Assembly (NCBI RefSeq): GCF_009914755.1
Contig: NC_060930.1
Length of the DNA stretch: 64,000 nucleotides
Reading direction: 5' to 3' (one strand)
Source: the human T2T-CHM13v2.0 reference genome, Homo sapiens
The stretch's first letter is position 1. Every line of letters starts with the position of its first letter. A model generated the notes under the pieces. The model did not search any database, was not told the DNA's origin, and worked only from the letters and a program-made list of their open reading frames with translations. Below are positions 37,136 through 50,414 of this stretch, piece after piece. The translations under genes were made by a program, and so were the position numbers.

Positions 37136-39490
37136 GTGATTTTAACTGGCTTATTTCTCCATAAAATGAACGCGGAATCCGTCCATGGCCTCGTTCTCAG
37201 AATGCAATTTCATCCCCACCAAACTGAAAACTCTTCAACAGCAGCAGCACCTCCCTCCACACCATGTTCCTCCTCCTTGATTTCTAGACCCAGATGCAGG
37301 TTGAGGTGGGCAATGGGGTCGCGCTTATCCTCACTCCTCGTCATCACCAGAGAGGTGGTGACCTTCCGGGGACCCCCATAGACAGGCTTGGTCTGGCTCT
37401 GCTTCCCAGGAATTCCCTCAGTGGTTTTGTGTTTCTTTCTTTCTTTCTTTCTTTTGACTCATTCTTTCCCGTCAGTGGGGCTCGGTGTTTGCTGGATGAG
37501 AGCGTGTTCTGTCGGCAGGTGGCATCCAGTTCTACGGGGTCCTCTGTGGATGCTAGGGTGCCCGGGAACCAGCAGTTCCACGTTGCATTTTCCTGGATGT
37601 CCGAGCAGAGCACCCGGGTCAGGCGAGTTCCCAGAAGCTCCTTGCCTTCTCTTCCCTGCATCAGGAAGGCTGGGGAGGGCGGCTCTGGATCCTGAGGGGA
37701 AGCCACTCGGATCTCCTGCAGCTGCTCAAGACCACGGCACTGTGACTGTGCTTGCCCATCTGGAAAGCCTCAGGCGTGCAGGAGCTTGGCTGGGCTCCAC
37801 ATTTGGACACAGAACCTGCTCCATCTGAGCTCGTGGCTCTTGGTCAGCCCAGGCTCAGGGAGCCTCTCGACGGGGTGGAATTTTGGGTTTCACCCACTTG
37901 GCTGATGCTTCCTGCCCTGTGTAATTGAATCAATCCTTTACGTAAATGCTGTTTCGTAACTGCCCGGGCTTTTCAGGGCCTCTGGGCCCTGGCTGAAAAC
38001 CTAACTCAGCTCCTGCCTGGGAGGCTTTGCGCGGCAGGCCTGGCTGGTGGGAGGGTTTGGTGCCAGAGGCATCCGTCGGGTGAGGAGCAGGACCTCCCAC
38101 GGTGAACATGGTGGCCACGTCCCCGCAGAGCCCAGCCTACTGAGCTGTCCAGTGAACCCTTGTGCACTTAAGCTAAAACACGCAGCCGTGCCCCCAGGAG
38201 GCCGCTTAACACAGAGCAATAGCCGGGTCCTCGACGATCCAGCTGCAGAGACATCACCAATCCCAGTCTCCCTGGTTCCCGCGTCAGCCTCGCCCTGCCC
38301 TGGGCCACGGCTGCACAGCACGTGCCTCCTCACCAACACCACGCGTCACACTCTGCAAGCCCCCGGCCCCTCCACGTGCGAAAGGGGGCTGCTCCTCAGG
38401 GTTCTTTGGGCTGTAAGGGTCCCGCCGTCCCCCAGTTTTTGTTGGACATCTGTGAAGCCCAGCCTTTCCAAGCAGATGCTGTCCCTCCGCTCCAGCCAGT
38501 TCCTCCAGATGAGGCCAATGTGTTCCCAAGCATGTCGGGTCACATTTCCTGTGTGTTTTGGTCCTGCAAGCAGGACTCTCATGAAAATGGCAGAAAGGTC
38601 GTCAAACAGCTCCCCTCTTCGCCGCGGCCGTCACAGATGGAGCTGGAGGCACACGCATGTGTATGGCACAAATGGCCACATTTGGTTCTGAGAAGCCATC
38701 GCAGAAACTCAAGGGCTGAGGAAGCCAGGCCCTGGCATTAGATCTGATGCATGAGGGAGAGGCTCAGCAAAGCAGAGGATGAGTCCCGAGGCCTCGTTTC
38801 CTCCAGAAAACCCATCCCTCCTGCCTGCACCCTCCAGGCTGCTGAACACACCTGCCCATGACCGCCTGCCCCGGCACTGCCTCGCCGCCCCTCCTCAAGT
38901 CTCTCCTTCCTGAGGCATAATTTCTGCTTTAGCACAGGGTGGCCCATGGGGCCCTGCTGGAGTCTATGTCCGGGAGGGAGCAGACCTCATGTCCGTTTCC
39001 CACACACCCTGCAAGCACCCATCAAGGCATCCAGCTGTAACCTGGTACCGAATAAATGCTCGACTCCTTCAGAATCCATGTTTACTAGGGGGTTAGGTAT
39101 AAAATAATCGCAGGTAATAATCTCATAGAGTCAAAACTGCCCTTGAGAATTCCTTAAGAGCCACCAATCACAGCCTCAAGTTGCATCTCAACCATCACAG
39201 GAGGCAGTGACCCCCAGGCGGGACCAGAGGCCTTCTCCCAGGAACATGGTCAGCAGAAGACACTGCCTCCAAACTTCAAATTCAGGCCCAACACAGGAAC
39301 ACACAGCAGAGGCGCAGCTGAACTGCATGGATGGTGCGACTGTGGCCACGCTCCCAGAGCAACACACGGACCCTCCAGGGAGACAGGAGCAGGTACTAGG
39401 AGCTCAGAGGGCAGTGCTACAGCCACAGAGGGTGTCACCAAGAATTAGCAGCGAGAGACCATCACTCTGTAGGCCAAGCCTGCGCTGATG

Positions 39491-39685
39491 CAGGCCGGGG
39501 TTTCTCCGCGTTGGCACAGTGGACGCTCTGGGCTGGATAACCCTTCATTTCAGGGGGTCTTGAGCACAGCATGTGTTCCACGCATCCCTGGCCTCTGCCC
39601 ACCAGATGCCAACAGCATGTCCACTGTCACGATCGAGTCTCCAGATGGGGCCCGATGTGTCAGGGTGGGGGGCGCCCACTGAGGC
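39491..39685 (+). mobile_element. MER20 hAT MITE
   Basis: GGTTTCTCCGCGTTGGCACAGTGGACGCTCTGGGCTGGATAACCCTT...GCATCCCTGGCCTCTGCCCACCAGATGCCAACAGCA...TCTCCAGA. Confidence 0.75.
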
Positions 39686-40406
39686 TTCTGCTTGGCCTTG
39701 GGCACCGTGAGGCCCTTTCACTGGGTTGACAGGAGCACTGACCATTCCAGCCCTGCCTGGGTCCCCACTGGCTCTGCTGACCCCTGGAGCTTCTTCCTCA
39801 ACCCTGAGCTATTTCCTCAGTTTGCACCCAGCCTGGGGACCCACCTCGGACCCCTGGACCCGCCCTTGGAGCTCGCCATTCTTGACAATGAAAATTTAGC
39901 CTCTGTCCTCTCCGAACTGTGACCTCTGTCCCCCAAATGGGTCGAACCCCTTCCTGCACTGTGACCTCCGGGCGGGAAGTCAACAGCTTGTCCCCTCCTG
40001 GCTGGAACCTCCCTGAGGGCCCCTGCCCTGTGCTGCCTGCTGCCCAGAAGCCGCGTGGATTCCGGTCCTGAGTTGTTTAAAGCAGGGGCGCAAAGCCAGT
40101 CCTCATCACCCCATCATGGCTAGAAGAGGGAATGTTTAAACAGACGATGTTTCATCAAGAATGTGGGTAAAATAGTTTGGTCTATTGTATTTCATAGTGT
40201 TAGAAAACCAACTTGACTTTAACAAAAATAATTAGCTTGGCAATTATCACCCTAAATACTCTCAGGAATTTTTATTTTTTAAGAACTTTAAGCAAAAGTG
40301 GAATTTATTTCTCTCCCTCCCACCCCATTCTCTTTGGGGCTTTCTCTCCCAACTTTTTCCACTTTTTTTATTTCTTCACTACTCTGAGCAGGACATCCTT
40401 TAGAGC

Positions 40407-41540
40407 TTTCTCTCTCTGTCCCTCTCTCTCCTTCTGTCTCTTTCTGTCTCTGTCTCTGTCTATCTCCCTCCCACCCTCTCTCCCTCCCTCTCTCCCTCCA
40501 TCTCTCTCTCTGTCTCCCTCCCTCTCTCCCTCCCACCCTCCCTCCCTCTCTCCCTCCCTCTCTCCCTCCCTCTCCCTCCCTCTCTCCCTCCCTCTCCCTC
40601 CCTATCTCCCTCCATCTCTCCTTCCCTCTCCCTCCCTCTCTCCCTCCGTCTCTCTCTCTTCATCTCCCTCCCTTTCTCCTTCCCTCTTTCCTTCCCTCTC
40701 CCTCCCTCTCTCCCTCCCTCTCTCTCTCCGTCTCCCTCCCTCTCTCCCTCCCTCTCTCCCTCCCTCTCTCCCTCCCTCTCTCTCTCCGTCTCCCTCCCTC
40801 TCTCCCTCCCTCTCTCCCTCCCTCCCACCCACCCTCTCTCCCTCCCTCTCCCTCCCCCTCCCTCCCCTCTCCCTCCCCCCTCCCTCCCCGTCTCCCTCCC
40901 CTTCTCCCTCCCCCCTCCCTCTCTCTCCCTCTCTCTCCCTCTCTCCCCCTCTCTCCCTCCCTCTCTCCCTCCCCCTCCCCCTCCCCCTCCGCCTCCCCCT
41001 CTCCCTCTCTCTCCCTCTCTCCCCCTCTCTCCCTCCCTCTCTCCCTCCCCCTCCCCCTCCCCCTCCGCCTCCCCCTCTCCCTCTCTCTCCCTCCCTCTCC
41101 CTCTGCCTCCCCCTCCTCCTCCCCCTCCGCCTCTCTCTCCCTCCCCCTCTCCCTCCGCCTCTCCCTCCCCCTCCCCCCTCCCTCCATCTCTCCCTCCCTC
41201 TCTCCCCCCTCCCCATCCCTCCCCCTCTCCCTCCCCCCTCTCTCCCTCCCCCTCCCTCCCCCTCTCCCTCCCTGTCTCCCTCCCCCTCTCCCTCTCTCTC
41301 CCTCTCTCTCCCTCCCTCTCCCTCTCTCCCTCCCTCTCTCCCTCCCTCTCTCCCTCCCCCTCCCCCCTCCGCCTCCCCCTCTCCCTCCCCCTCCCTCCCC
41401 CTCCCCCTCCCTCCCCCTCCCTCTCTCTCCCTCCCCCTCTCCCTCCCTCTCTCCCTCCCCCTCCCCCTCCCTCTGTCCCTCCCCTCCCCCTCCCCCCTCT
41501 ATCCCTCCCTTTCTCCCTCCCTCTCTCCATCTCTCCCTGT
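40407..41540. repeat. ~1.1 kb polypyrimidine (CT-rich) tract
   Basis: Almost pure C/T (CCCT, CTCCCC units). Confidence 0.97.
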
Positions 41541-42705
41541 CCTGGCTCTTCATGGTGCTCCCAAAGAGTCACTGTGGCTTCTCCCAGACTTCAGTGTCTT
41601 AGAGAAGAGCTAGTTTATGTGGAAATCCTGTTCCCTGGATGTTAGATTAGTCGGTTAATTCGTGAAATCATCACCTCCACATACCCACTCTGGTGTCCTC
41701 TCCACCGCCCTCAGCAGGCCTCTATTGGTGCCTAAGCTTTTAGTAAAAACCGTTTATCGTGACTTAATGGGCACGTCCCAGACAGCGACCCCGGGCTGTG
41801 TGTTGATGGCGTTCACAGTGTCCTGTGGGAAACATAAAAAGTACAGTGTCCTGGAGACCGTGGGGCACTCTCACAGACAGAACATTGTTCATTCTCCCCA
41901 CATCTTCATAAAATGAGAAAGATCAGGCACGTGATGGCCCCAAGAACTGCCATTCACCCCTTCCTTACATAGCGCCAGCATTGGGACAGGTGTCCAAGGA
42001 CCCCCAACAGTGGGGCCGGCTGCCTGTGGGTGTGTCACAGGAGAGGTCCCACGTCGTCATCCCAGGTACAGGTCTTCCCACCCCACCAAGCACAAACTGT
42101 ATCAGGAAAGGGGGACAGACCCAGCTGCATTTGCAAGCGCTGGTGTCCACACGGGAACGTGGCGGAACGTGGCAGGCCTGGCTTCGGGATGCAGGCAGAC
42201 GCAGGTGGCATTCAGCAAAGCCCAAGGGCGGCACCATGCAGGCATGGATACAAAGAGGGCTCCAGCTGGGGCAGAGGCCGGGCAGCCAGGGAAGCCCCGT
42301 GGGGAGTGCCAGGGCAGCAGGAGGAGTCCCCACAGCTCCAGCCAGGCAGAGAGGGGAGATGATCTCACTGCGGCCGTGGCTGTGCTGCTCCCAGCTCCTC
42401 TGCTCCTCTGCTCCTCAGCCCCAAGTGGCAGCCCCTTCGTTCTCCCCATGTGCAGCAGGAAGGGAAGAGAGACACGAGAGCCGTAGCCTTCCGGGCACAT
42501 GGGAAAGAATTCTCCACATTATTGTAATTTTTGAACAAAAGTAACCAGTGAGAGGGATGGAAGTTGTGGCATTGCCTAGTCCCATTCACTCAGTGCACAC
42601 TTTACAACGGGAACCATCGAGTTTCAAAATATTAATGAAAAGGACAGTTCTTGCTTTTTTCATATTTCAACTAAGATGATGATAATAGTTATAATGATAA
42701 TGGTG

Positions 42706-42786
42706 AAAGATAAAAATAAAATAAAAAATAAATACATAAAAATAAATAATAAAAATAAAATAAATAAAAATAAAAATAAAAATAAA
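42706..42786. repeat. A-rich (AAAAT)n-like simple repeat
   Basis: AAAATAAAATAAAAAATAAAT... Confidence 0.85.
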
Positions 42787-43366
42787 CATGTGCCCAGGAC
42801 CCCAGGGGTGAGTCGGCACAGAATGAATTGAGGTTCCCTCTGACCTCGGTCCGGCTGAGGGTCCCGGATGCAGAGGGTGGGTGCCTGCCCAGTGCGGAGC
42901 CGGCTCCCGCATATTCCAAACCATCCTTTGCAGGCTGCGGACAACCAAGCCAGGTTTTCTCTCTTCCCATTTCAATTTCTAAAGCTCTGTCCAGAAGGAC
43001 AGGAACAACTTTCAGCTCCAGGAACGCGGTAGGGGCCAGAGGCGGCATCTTGGAGGGGTGGTTTCAGGAGGGGGCGGCAGAAGAACCCAAGTCTGCGAGG
43101 GTAGGTTTGTTTGCTTGCGAGCAAAGCACTTCCCGTCCATCCTCATGTGCCTGAGAGGTGCCTTGGGTGTGGCCTCCTCTCCAGCCCTCACGCATGGATG
43201 AGTCTGCCCCGTGGAGCACAGCACCCTGAGAATGCCATCTCCTCTCCCAGAACTTACACACCAGTGCAGGTCTGCCAAGAGCAGAGCATAAACAAAGAGA
43301 CAGATATGCCTGTGAATGTTTCAGAACCAAAGAAAGGAAGAACACATCCCAAAATGCAGTAAGTGC

Positions 43367-44373
43367 CAACCACCGTCCACAAACAGGAGAAGAGACACTG
43401 ACCACCACACACCAGGCAACCACCGTCCCACAAACAGGAAAAGAGACACTGACCACCATGCACCAGCCAAACACTGTCCACAAACAGGAAAAGAGACACT
43501 GGCCACCACACACCAGCCAACCACCATCCACAAACAGGAAAAGAGACACTGACCACCACGTGCCAGGCAACCACCATCCCACAAATAGGAAAAGAGACAC
43601 TGACCACCACGTGCCAGGCAACCACCATCCCACAAACAGGAAAAGAGACACTGACCACCACGCGCCAGGCAACCACCATCCCACAAACAGGAAAAGAGAC
43701 ACTGACCACCACGCGCCAGGCAACCACCGTCCACAAACAGGAGAAGAGACACTGACCACCACGCGCCAGGCAACCACCATCCCACAAACAGGAAAAGAGA
43801 CACTGACCACCATGCACCAGCCAACCACTGTCCACAAACAGGAAAAGAGACACTGGCCACCACGCGCCAGGCAACCACCATCCACAAACAGAAGACACAC
43901 TGACCACCACGCGCCAGGCAACCACCGTCCACAAACAGGAAAAGAGACACTGACCACCACGCGCCAGCCAACCACCGTCCACAAACAGGAGAAGAGACAC
44001 TGACCACCACGCGCCAGGCAACCACCGTCCACCAACAGGAAAAGAGACACTGACCACCATGCACCAGGCAACCACCGTCCACAAACAGGAAAAGAGACAC
44101 TGACCACCATGCACCAGCCAACCACCGTCCACAAACAGGAGAAGAGACACTGACCACCACGCGCCAGGCAACCACCGTCCCACCAACAGGAAAAGATACA
44201 CTGGCCACCACGCACCAGGCAACCACCGTCCACAAACAGGAAAAGAGACACTGACCACCATGCACCAGCCAACCACCGTCCACAAACAGGAGAAGAGACA
44301 CTGACCACCACGCGCCAGGCAACCACCGTCCCACCAACAGGAAAAGAGACACTGGCCACCATGCACCAGGCAA
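43367..44373. repeat. 50/51-bp VNTR (~20 copies)
   Basis: Unit CAACCACCGTCCACAAACAGGAAAAGAGACACTGACCACCACGCGCCAGG. Confidence 0.97.
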
Positions 44374-46033
44374 CGGAGGCGGGTGTCGCTGGCTTCAGGA
44401 CGCTCCCTGAGATGCTCTTTGGCAGCCGGTGCAAGCGCCTAACAGTATTTGCCCCAGGCTATTATTAAAACGCGTTTTCCCTCCCTGGGCTGAGGCAGCA
44501 GCCTGGTGCTGCCAGAAGAACACAAAAATGTTCAGGGTACGAAGGGCTTCACTACAGATAATCCTTAAAGTGGATTATTTCATTCACAGAATCAAAAGTG
44601 CAGAGCATTCAGGACCAAAACCTTGTCCTAACAGCAGCAAGAGCAGCCTCGATTTGCGTTTATGCACACACTCCGATGTCTGACACCACGTGTGACTGTC
44701 ACAAAAACCGTGGGAGGAGCTTAAACATGAGGGAACCCTCCCACTGCTGCTTTCCAGAAGGGCAAGTGAGGCTCAGAGTCCTGCGGTTTACTCACCCCAC
44801 AGAGCCAGGCAGTGGGGAGAGCAGGTTGTGCAGGGGTGAGGCTGGGATTGTCCGTCCGACGCCCGGTGACGGCCCCGCAGAGCCAGGCAGCAGTGTTGGT
44901 AGAGGTTTGGAGTTAGGTGTGGTCAGATGTGGAGGGTGGGGCTCAGGAAGGCAGCCTCACCCCATCATCAGCATGGCCTTAGGATAGGACATTGCCTTTC
45001 CCTGTCCAGTGAGAGAAAGTCAGCAGGCTGACAAAGCAGCCGTCCCAGGGCCCTGAGCCGCCCCGGGTCTCCCCCTCATCTCTTTCTGTCCTCAGAAACC
45101 CAGGCTCTGTTGGTGTAGGGGGGTTGCTAGCTCTGAAGGAGATCTCCTGGCCCCTAAACTGATGTTTTATTAACCAGGTTGATGACTGTGTGGAACTTTA
45201 TTATAAGGAAAGATTTTACCGCTTTCCTCACTACTTATTATTCTTTTTCTTAAGAGGCAGGAAGGGGCCTTGTAACCAGAATGGGATTTGCAAATCCACC
45301 CTGCGTGAAGGGCCATCTTTCCCCCACACCTACAGTCCTGCCCCCAAGAGCCAAACTGTCTTGAAGCCAAATGGCAGCTCACCCAGCATGTGTGAGGCGC
45401 TTTTCACTTATTCCTCACGAAAACGGCCTGAACACCACATGGAGAATCTCATCTTATCTGCAGACATCACTGTTGGCGCATTTTTGGTGGGGAAGAACCA
45501 ACATTGGCACACATCAGCCAAACATCCAACGTCCACTCAAACCAGTACTTCTGTACACCCTCTACTGTGGCCCACGTGGAACCCTGTACAGCCCATGGCC
45601 AGCCTGCCCTTGGGAACACGTGGCACATACCCAAAGCCTGTGGCCAACCCTGAGGGTCCCCACTGCCGTCTGGGAGGAGCCATCTCCATAGAACTCCTGG
45701 CCCTGCAGGCTTCTCTGTTTGGTCCCGGTCTCGGTCCAGGCAGGGAGACGCACCTCCCAGTAGCCCCTGTGAAACCGCACTGCGAGGGCAGTGCCAGGAG
45801 GGCTGGTCCAGGTGCCGTGGATTTTCCCCTAAACTCTTTTTGATCTTCCAGTTACAGTTTAAAACAGCTAAAATGTTAACAAAACAAGCAAGCAGTGGAA
45901 GTGAGTTCAGTTCAGTCGTGAGGGAGGAAAGCCTGTCCCCTGGTTACAGCACTTGTTCGGTGGCCTCGAAGGCAGGCCTGTGGGCCTGGCTCAGATTCCG
46001 AGGAACCTGCAGCTGCAGGCAGCCCGGAGGCCA

Positions 46034-46500
46034 CCCTGCCCTCCCCCTCCCCCTTTCCCTTCCCCCTCCCCTCCCCATTCCCTCTCCCTCCCCCTCCCCC
46101 TTTCCCTTCCCCCTCCCCTCCTCATTCCCTCTCCCTCCCCCTCCCCTTTCCCTTCCCCTCCCCTCCCCCTCCCCGTCCCCCTTTCCCTTCCCCCTCCCCT
46201 CCCCCTTCCCTCCCCTTCCCCTTCCCCTCCCCTCTCCACTCTCCCTTTCCCTTCCCCCTGCCCTCTCCCTCCTTCCTTTCCCTTCCCCCTTTCCCTTTCC
46301 CCCTCCCTCTTCCCCACTCCCCTCTCTCCTCCCCCTTCCCCTCCCCCCTGCCCCTTCCCTCCCCCTTCCCCACTCCCCTCTCTCCTCCCCCTTCCCCCTC
46401 CCCTCCCCCCTGCCCCTTCCCTCCCCCTTCCCCCCTTCTCCTCTCCCCTCTTCTTCCTCCCTCCCCTCCCCCCTTTCCCCCTCCCCCACTCCCACTCCCA
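46034..46500. repeat. Polypyrimidine (CCCCT/CCCTT) tract
   Basis: ~460 bp of nearly pure C/T. Confidence 0.95.
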
Positions 46501-48055
46501 GAGGCAGAGCTTCAGGGCCTCCAGGGTCCCTCCCCGACCACGTCCTCATCTGATTCCAAACTGGAAATTCTCATAATCAATTTCATCCGAATACCAAATG
46601 AGTAACAAATGCCTCCCTTTCCCACATCCTGGCTCTTGCCTCCAAGCTGAGCTCCACGTGGAGGAACCCAGGACATCCACCCACTCACCCTCAGCAGCCT
46701 CTCCAGGCCCTGTGGCCGCCACAGCTCAGACCCCAACAGACGGATGCCAGCCGCATCTCGGGCGCCACAGTCCCTCCTGGGACGGCTCCAGTGACACACC
46801 TGGATCTTCTCTCCAAGGACTCACCTCTCCAGGTCCTCATCCCAGGCCGCCCCGCCCCCAGCCCTGTCTCACGCCGTTCCTCCTCGGGCACAAGCCCGCG
46901 CCAGCTCTCATTTCACCTCCGCTGTCCCCTTCCCTGCTGGTGCCTGCGACTATCTAAACTCCTTCCGGAGAGGAGCAGCTCAGTGTTCAAACCACCGACA
47001 ACAGAAATTGGTGGGAGGGTTGTGTTTGCCCCACAAGTGAAAGGGCGCACGCAGCCTCAGGGGTGGGTTGAACAGAGCCGCACCTGTGATTAACCCGGAG
47101 CCCAGGAGTATCCCGGTTCCCTGCTTCAAGGCCTGTCTACTGGGGCTTCCTTCTGCCCCAAACCCTGAAGGGGCGTGGAGAGGCCTCTTGCCTTTGTGCT
47201 TACGCGCCACACGGTCTCCATCTGCACAAATTTCCGTGTGCAGTAGACAGTTATTCCCCAGTCCTTTGACGGAGGTGTCCCCTGGAATGCCTACCCTCGT
47301 GCAGCTGGCGTGCCTGGGGCCCAGGAGCCAGCACACAGCCACGCCTAGGTCAGAGGTTCTCACTGAGACTGCAGGGACGCTGCACGCAGGAGGCCGGGCT
47401 TGCCTGAGGGACTGCACTTTGCAGAGGGCGCGCCAGGAGCCGTTGTCCGGGCCTGGGACTCCCTCCATACAGGCCTTCATCTCGTGGTCTGAGGTCTGCC
47501 TTCTGTAGGCCGTTCTGGGGCAGGGAGACTGAATGCAGAGCGAAGTGCATCCCCAGGCCCTTCTCAGGTGACTGCTCACAGCCACTCTCCTTCCAGAACG
47601 AGGTTTCTACGGCACAAAAGAGATTTTGCAGATTTTTTGCTTCACCTTCATCCTAACTTTGCATGGAGGTAGAAGTCGGCCCGTGCCACTGTCTGTCTCT
47701 CTCTTGCCTCATCGCCTGTCCTCGCAGCCCAGTCCTTGGGGCCGGTCTCCATAGGCCCCAATGCCCAGGACAGCCCGTCTGCAGTGCCTCATGCTCCTGA
47801 GCCATCCTCTGAGCTCAGAATCTCCCCAGCAGGTTCCACCAGGGTGTGAACAGTCCCTGCTCCGTCCGGTGTGTGTCGCTGGAAGGCAGTGGGCTTCTGT
47901 AAGAGAAGACCAGGTACAATCCCTCAGGAGGATGCCTGGACATATCCAACACACATGTTCCCTTCAACTCAGCAATTCTTACAAAGTCTTCAACAGCCGT
48001 GGGGAGCGCTGGGTGATGCGGGCACGGCCACAGCCGTGGGGGGCGCTGGGTGATG

Positions 48056-50414
48056 CGGGCACAGCTCATGTAATTGAGCTTCACTTTATGGCACTTTCCA
48101 GATACTGCGTTTTTCAAGATGGAAGGTTGGGCGACCCTGCAGCCGGCAGATCTGCTGTTGATGTTTTTCCAATAGGGCGTGCTCACTTCGTGTCTCTGTG
48201 TCATATTTTAGTAATCCCTGCAATATTTGAATTTTTTTCATTATGATAATAGTTGATGGTGATTTGTGAGCCATGATCTTCCGTGTTTCTATTGCACCTG
48301 TTTGGGGCACCACAAACCACATCCATGTAAGATGGTGGACTTAGTCTATAAACATTGTGTGTGATCTGACTGCTCCGTGGACTGGCCACGTCCCCGTCTC
48401 TCCTCCTCTAGTTGGGCCTCCCTGTTCCCCGAGCTGTGATTATATTGAAATTGGGCCAGTGAATACACCTATAATGGCCTGTATGTCAAGTGAAAGCAAG
48501 AGTCACATCTCTCACTTTAAATCAAAAGCAAGACATGATCAAACCTGGTGAGGAAAGTGTGTTGAGAGCAGAGACGGAACAAAGGCTGGGCCTCTTGCAC
48601 CAAGCAGCCCAGTTACGGATACAAAGAGAAGTTCTTGAAGAAAATTAAAAGTGCTATTCCAGTGAACGCATGAATGATAAGAATGTGAAACAACCTTACT
48701 GCAGAATGTTTTAAGGTCTGGAGAGATGATCAAACCAGCCACAACATTCCCTTAGGCCAAAGCCTAACCCAGAACGAAGCCCCAACTCTCTCCAATACTA
48801 TGAGGGCTGAAAAGTTTGAAGTCAGCAGAGGCTGGTTCATAAGGTTTAAGGAATGAAGCTGTCCCCATCACATAAAAATGCAAGGTGCAGCAGCAGGTGC
48901 TCACGGAGAAGCTGCAGCAGGTTCTCTAGGAGATCCGGCAAAGATCACTGATGAAGGTGGCTACACTAAACAGCAGATCTTCACTGTAGACAAAACAGCT
49001 TCTACTGGAAGAAGAGCCTGGTTTGGAAGTTTCAAAGGACAAGCTGACTCTCTTATTAGGGGCTAATGCAGCTGGTGACTTTAAGTTGAGGCCAACGCCC
49101 ATTTTCCATTCTGAAAATCCTAGGGCCCCTAAGAATGACGCTAAATCTACTCTGCCTGCGCCCAATACATGGAACAACGAAGCCGGAATGACAGCGTATC
49201 TGTTTACAGCCTGATTTCCTGAACATTTAAGGTCACTATTGAGAGCTACTGCTCAGAAAAAAAAAACATCTTTTTAAAATACTGGTGTACTCACTGATTA
49301 TGTACCTGTCATCCGAGGCCTCTGATGCGGATGTACAAGATTAATGTGTTTTCACACCTGCTAGCACAACATCCATTCTGCAGCCCATGAATCAAGGAGT
49401 CGTCTCAACTTTCCAATCTCAGTATTGAAGAAAAGCATCTCATACGGCCGTAGCTTCCGTAGATAGTGATTCCTCTGATGATCTTGGCAAAGTGAATTGA
49501 AAACCTTCTGGAAAAGATTCACCATTCTAGATGCCATTAAGAATGTTCATGATTCTTGGGAGGAGGGTGACACATCAACATGAATAGGAGTTTGGAAGAG
49601 GTTGATTCCAACCCTCGTGGATGACTTTGAGAGGTTCTAGACTTCAGTGCTAGAAGTTACTGCAGGTGTAGTGGAAATAGCAGGTGAACTAGAATTAGAA
49701 GTGAACCTGAAGATGTGGCTGAATAGCTGCAATTTCTTGATAAGACCTGAACGGATGAGGAGTTGGTTTTTGTGGATGAGCAAAGAAAGTGGTTTCTTGA
49801 GATAGAATTGACTCCTGGTGAAGAGGTTGTGAAGATTGCTGAACTGACCACAAAGGATTTATAATATTCTATAAACTTAGTCGATAAAGCAGCAGCAGGG
49901 TTTGAGAGGATGGACTCCAGTTGTCCAAGAAGTTCTAGAGTGGGTAAAATGCTGTCAAACAGCATCATGTTTTACGGAGAAAACTTCAGTGAAAGAAAGA
50001 GTCGATCAGTGCAGCAAACGTTATTGTTGCCGTAAGACACCACCACAGCCACCCCCACCTTCAGCAGCCCCCACCTGATCAGTCAGCAGCTGTCAACATC
50101 AAGGTGAGGCCCTCCACCAGCAAAAAGACTACGACTCCCCGAAGGCTCTGATGATCATTAGCGTTTTGTTTTTTGCTTTTTGTTTTTGTTGTTGATGTTG
50201 TTGTTGTTGTTTTAGCAATAAGGTATTTTTTAAATTAAGGTAACGACTTTGTTTTTAAAGAAATAATGCTATTGCACACTTAGGCTGAAGTAGTGTAAAC
50301 TTAACTTTCATATACACCAGGAAAACAAAAAATTCCTATGACTTGCTTTATTGCAATATTCGCTTTATTGGGGTAGTCTGGAACCAAACCCACAGTGTCT
50401 CCAAGGCCGGCCTG
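48056..50414 (+). mobile_element. Tigger1 DNA transposon, near full length (~2.36 kb), transposase disrupted
   Basis: Diverged termini CGGGCACAGCTC...CTCCAAGGCCGGCCTG followed by TA; ORF fragments [31 protein letters not shown] (49023-49214) and [11 protein letters not shown] (48878-49066) match Tigger1/TIGD1-type transposase. Confidence 0.93.

Noticed and set aside
40213-41613. 466-aa Pro/Ser/Leu ORF and antisense Gly/Arg/Glu ORFs (formin- or extensin-like)
   Set aside because: Arise from the pure C/T tract, which cannot contain stop codons
43064-44434. Hydrophobic Cys/Trp-rich ORFs of 350-456 aa on the minus strand
   Set aside because: Products of the 50-bp VNTR; all three frames give permutations of the same peptide
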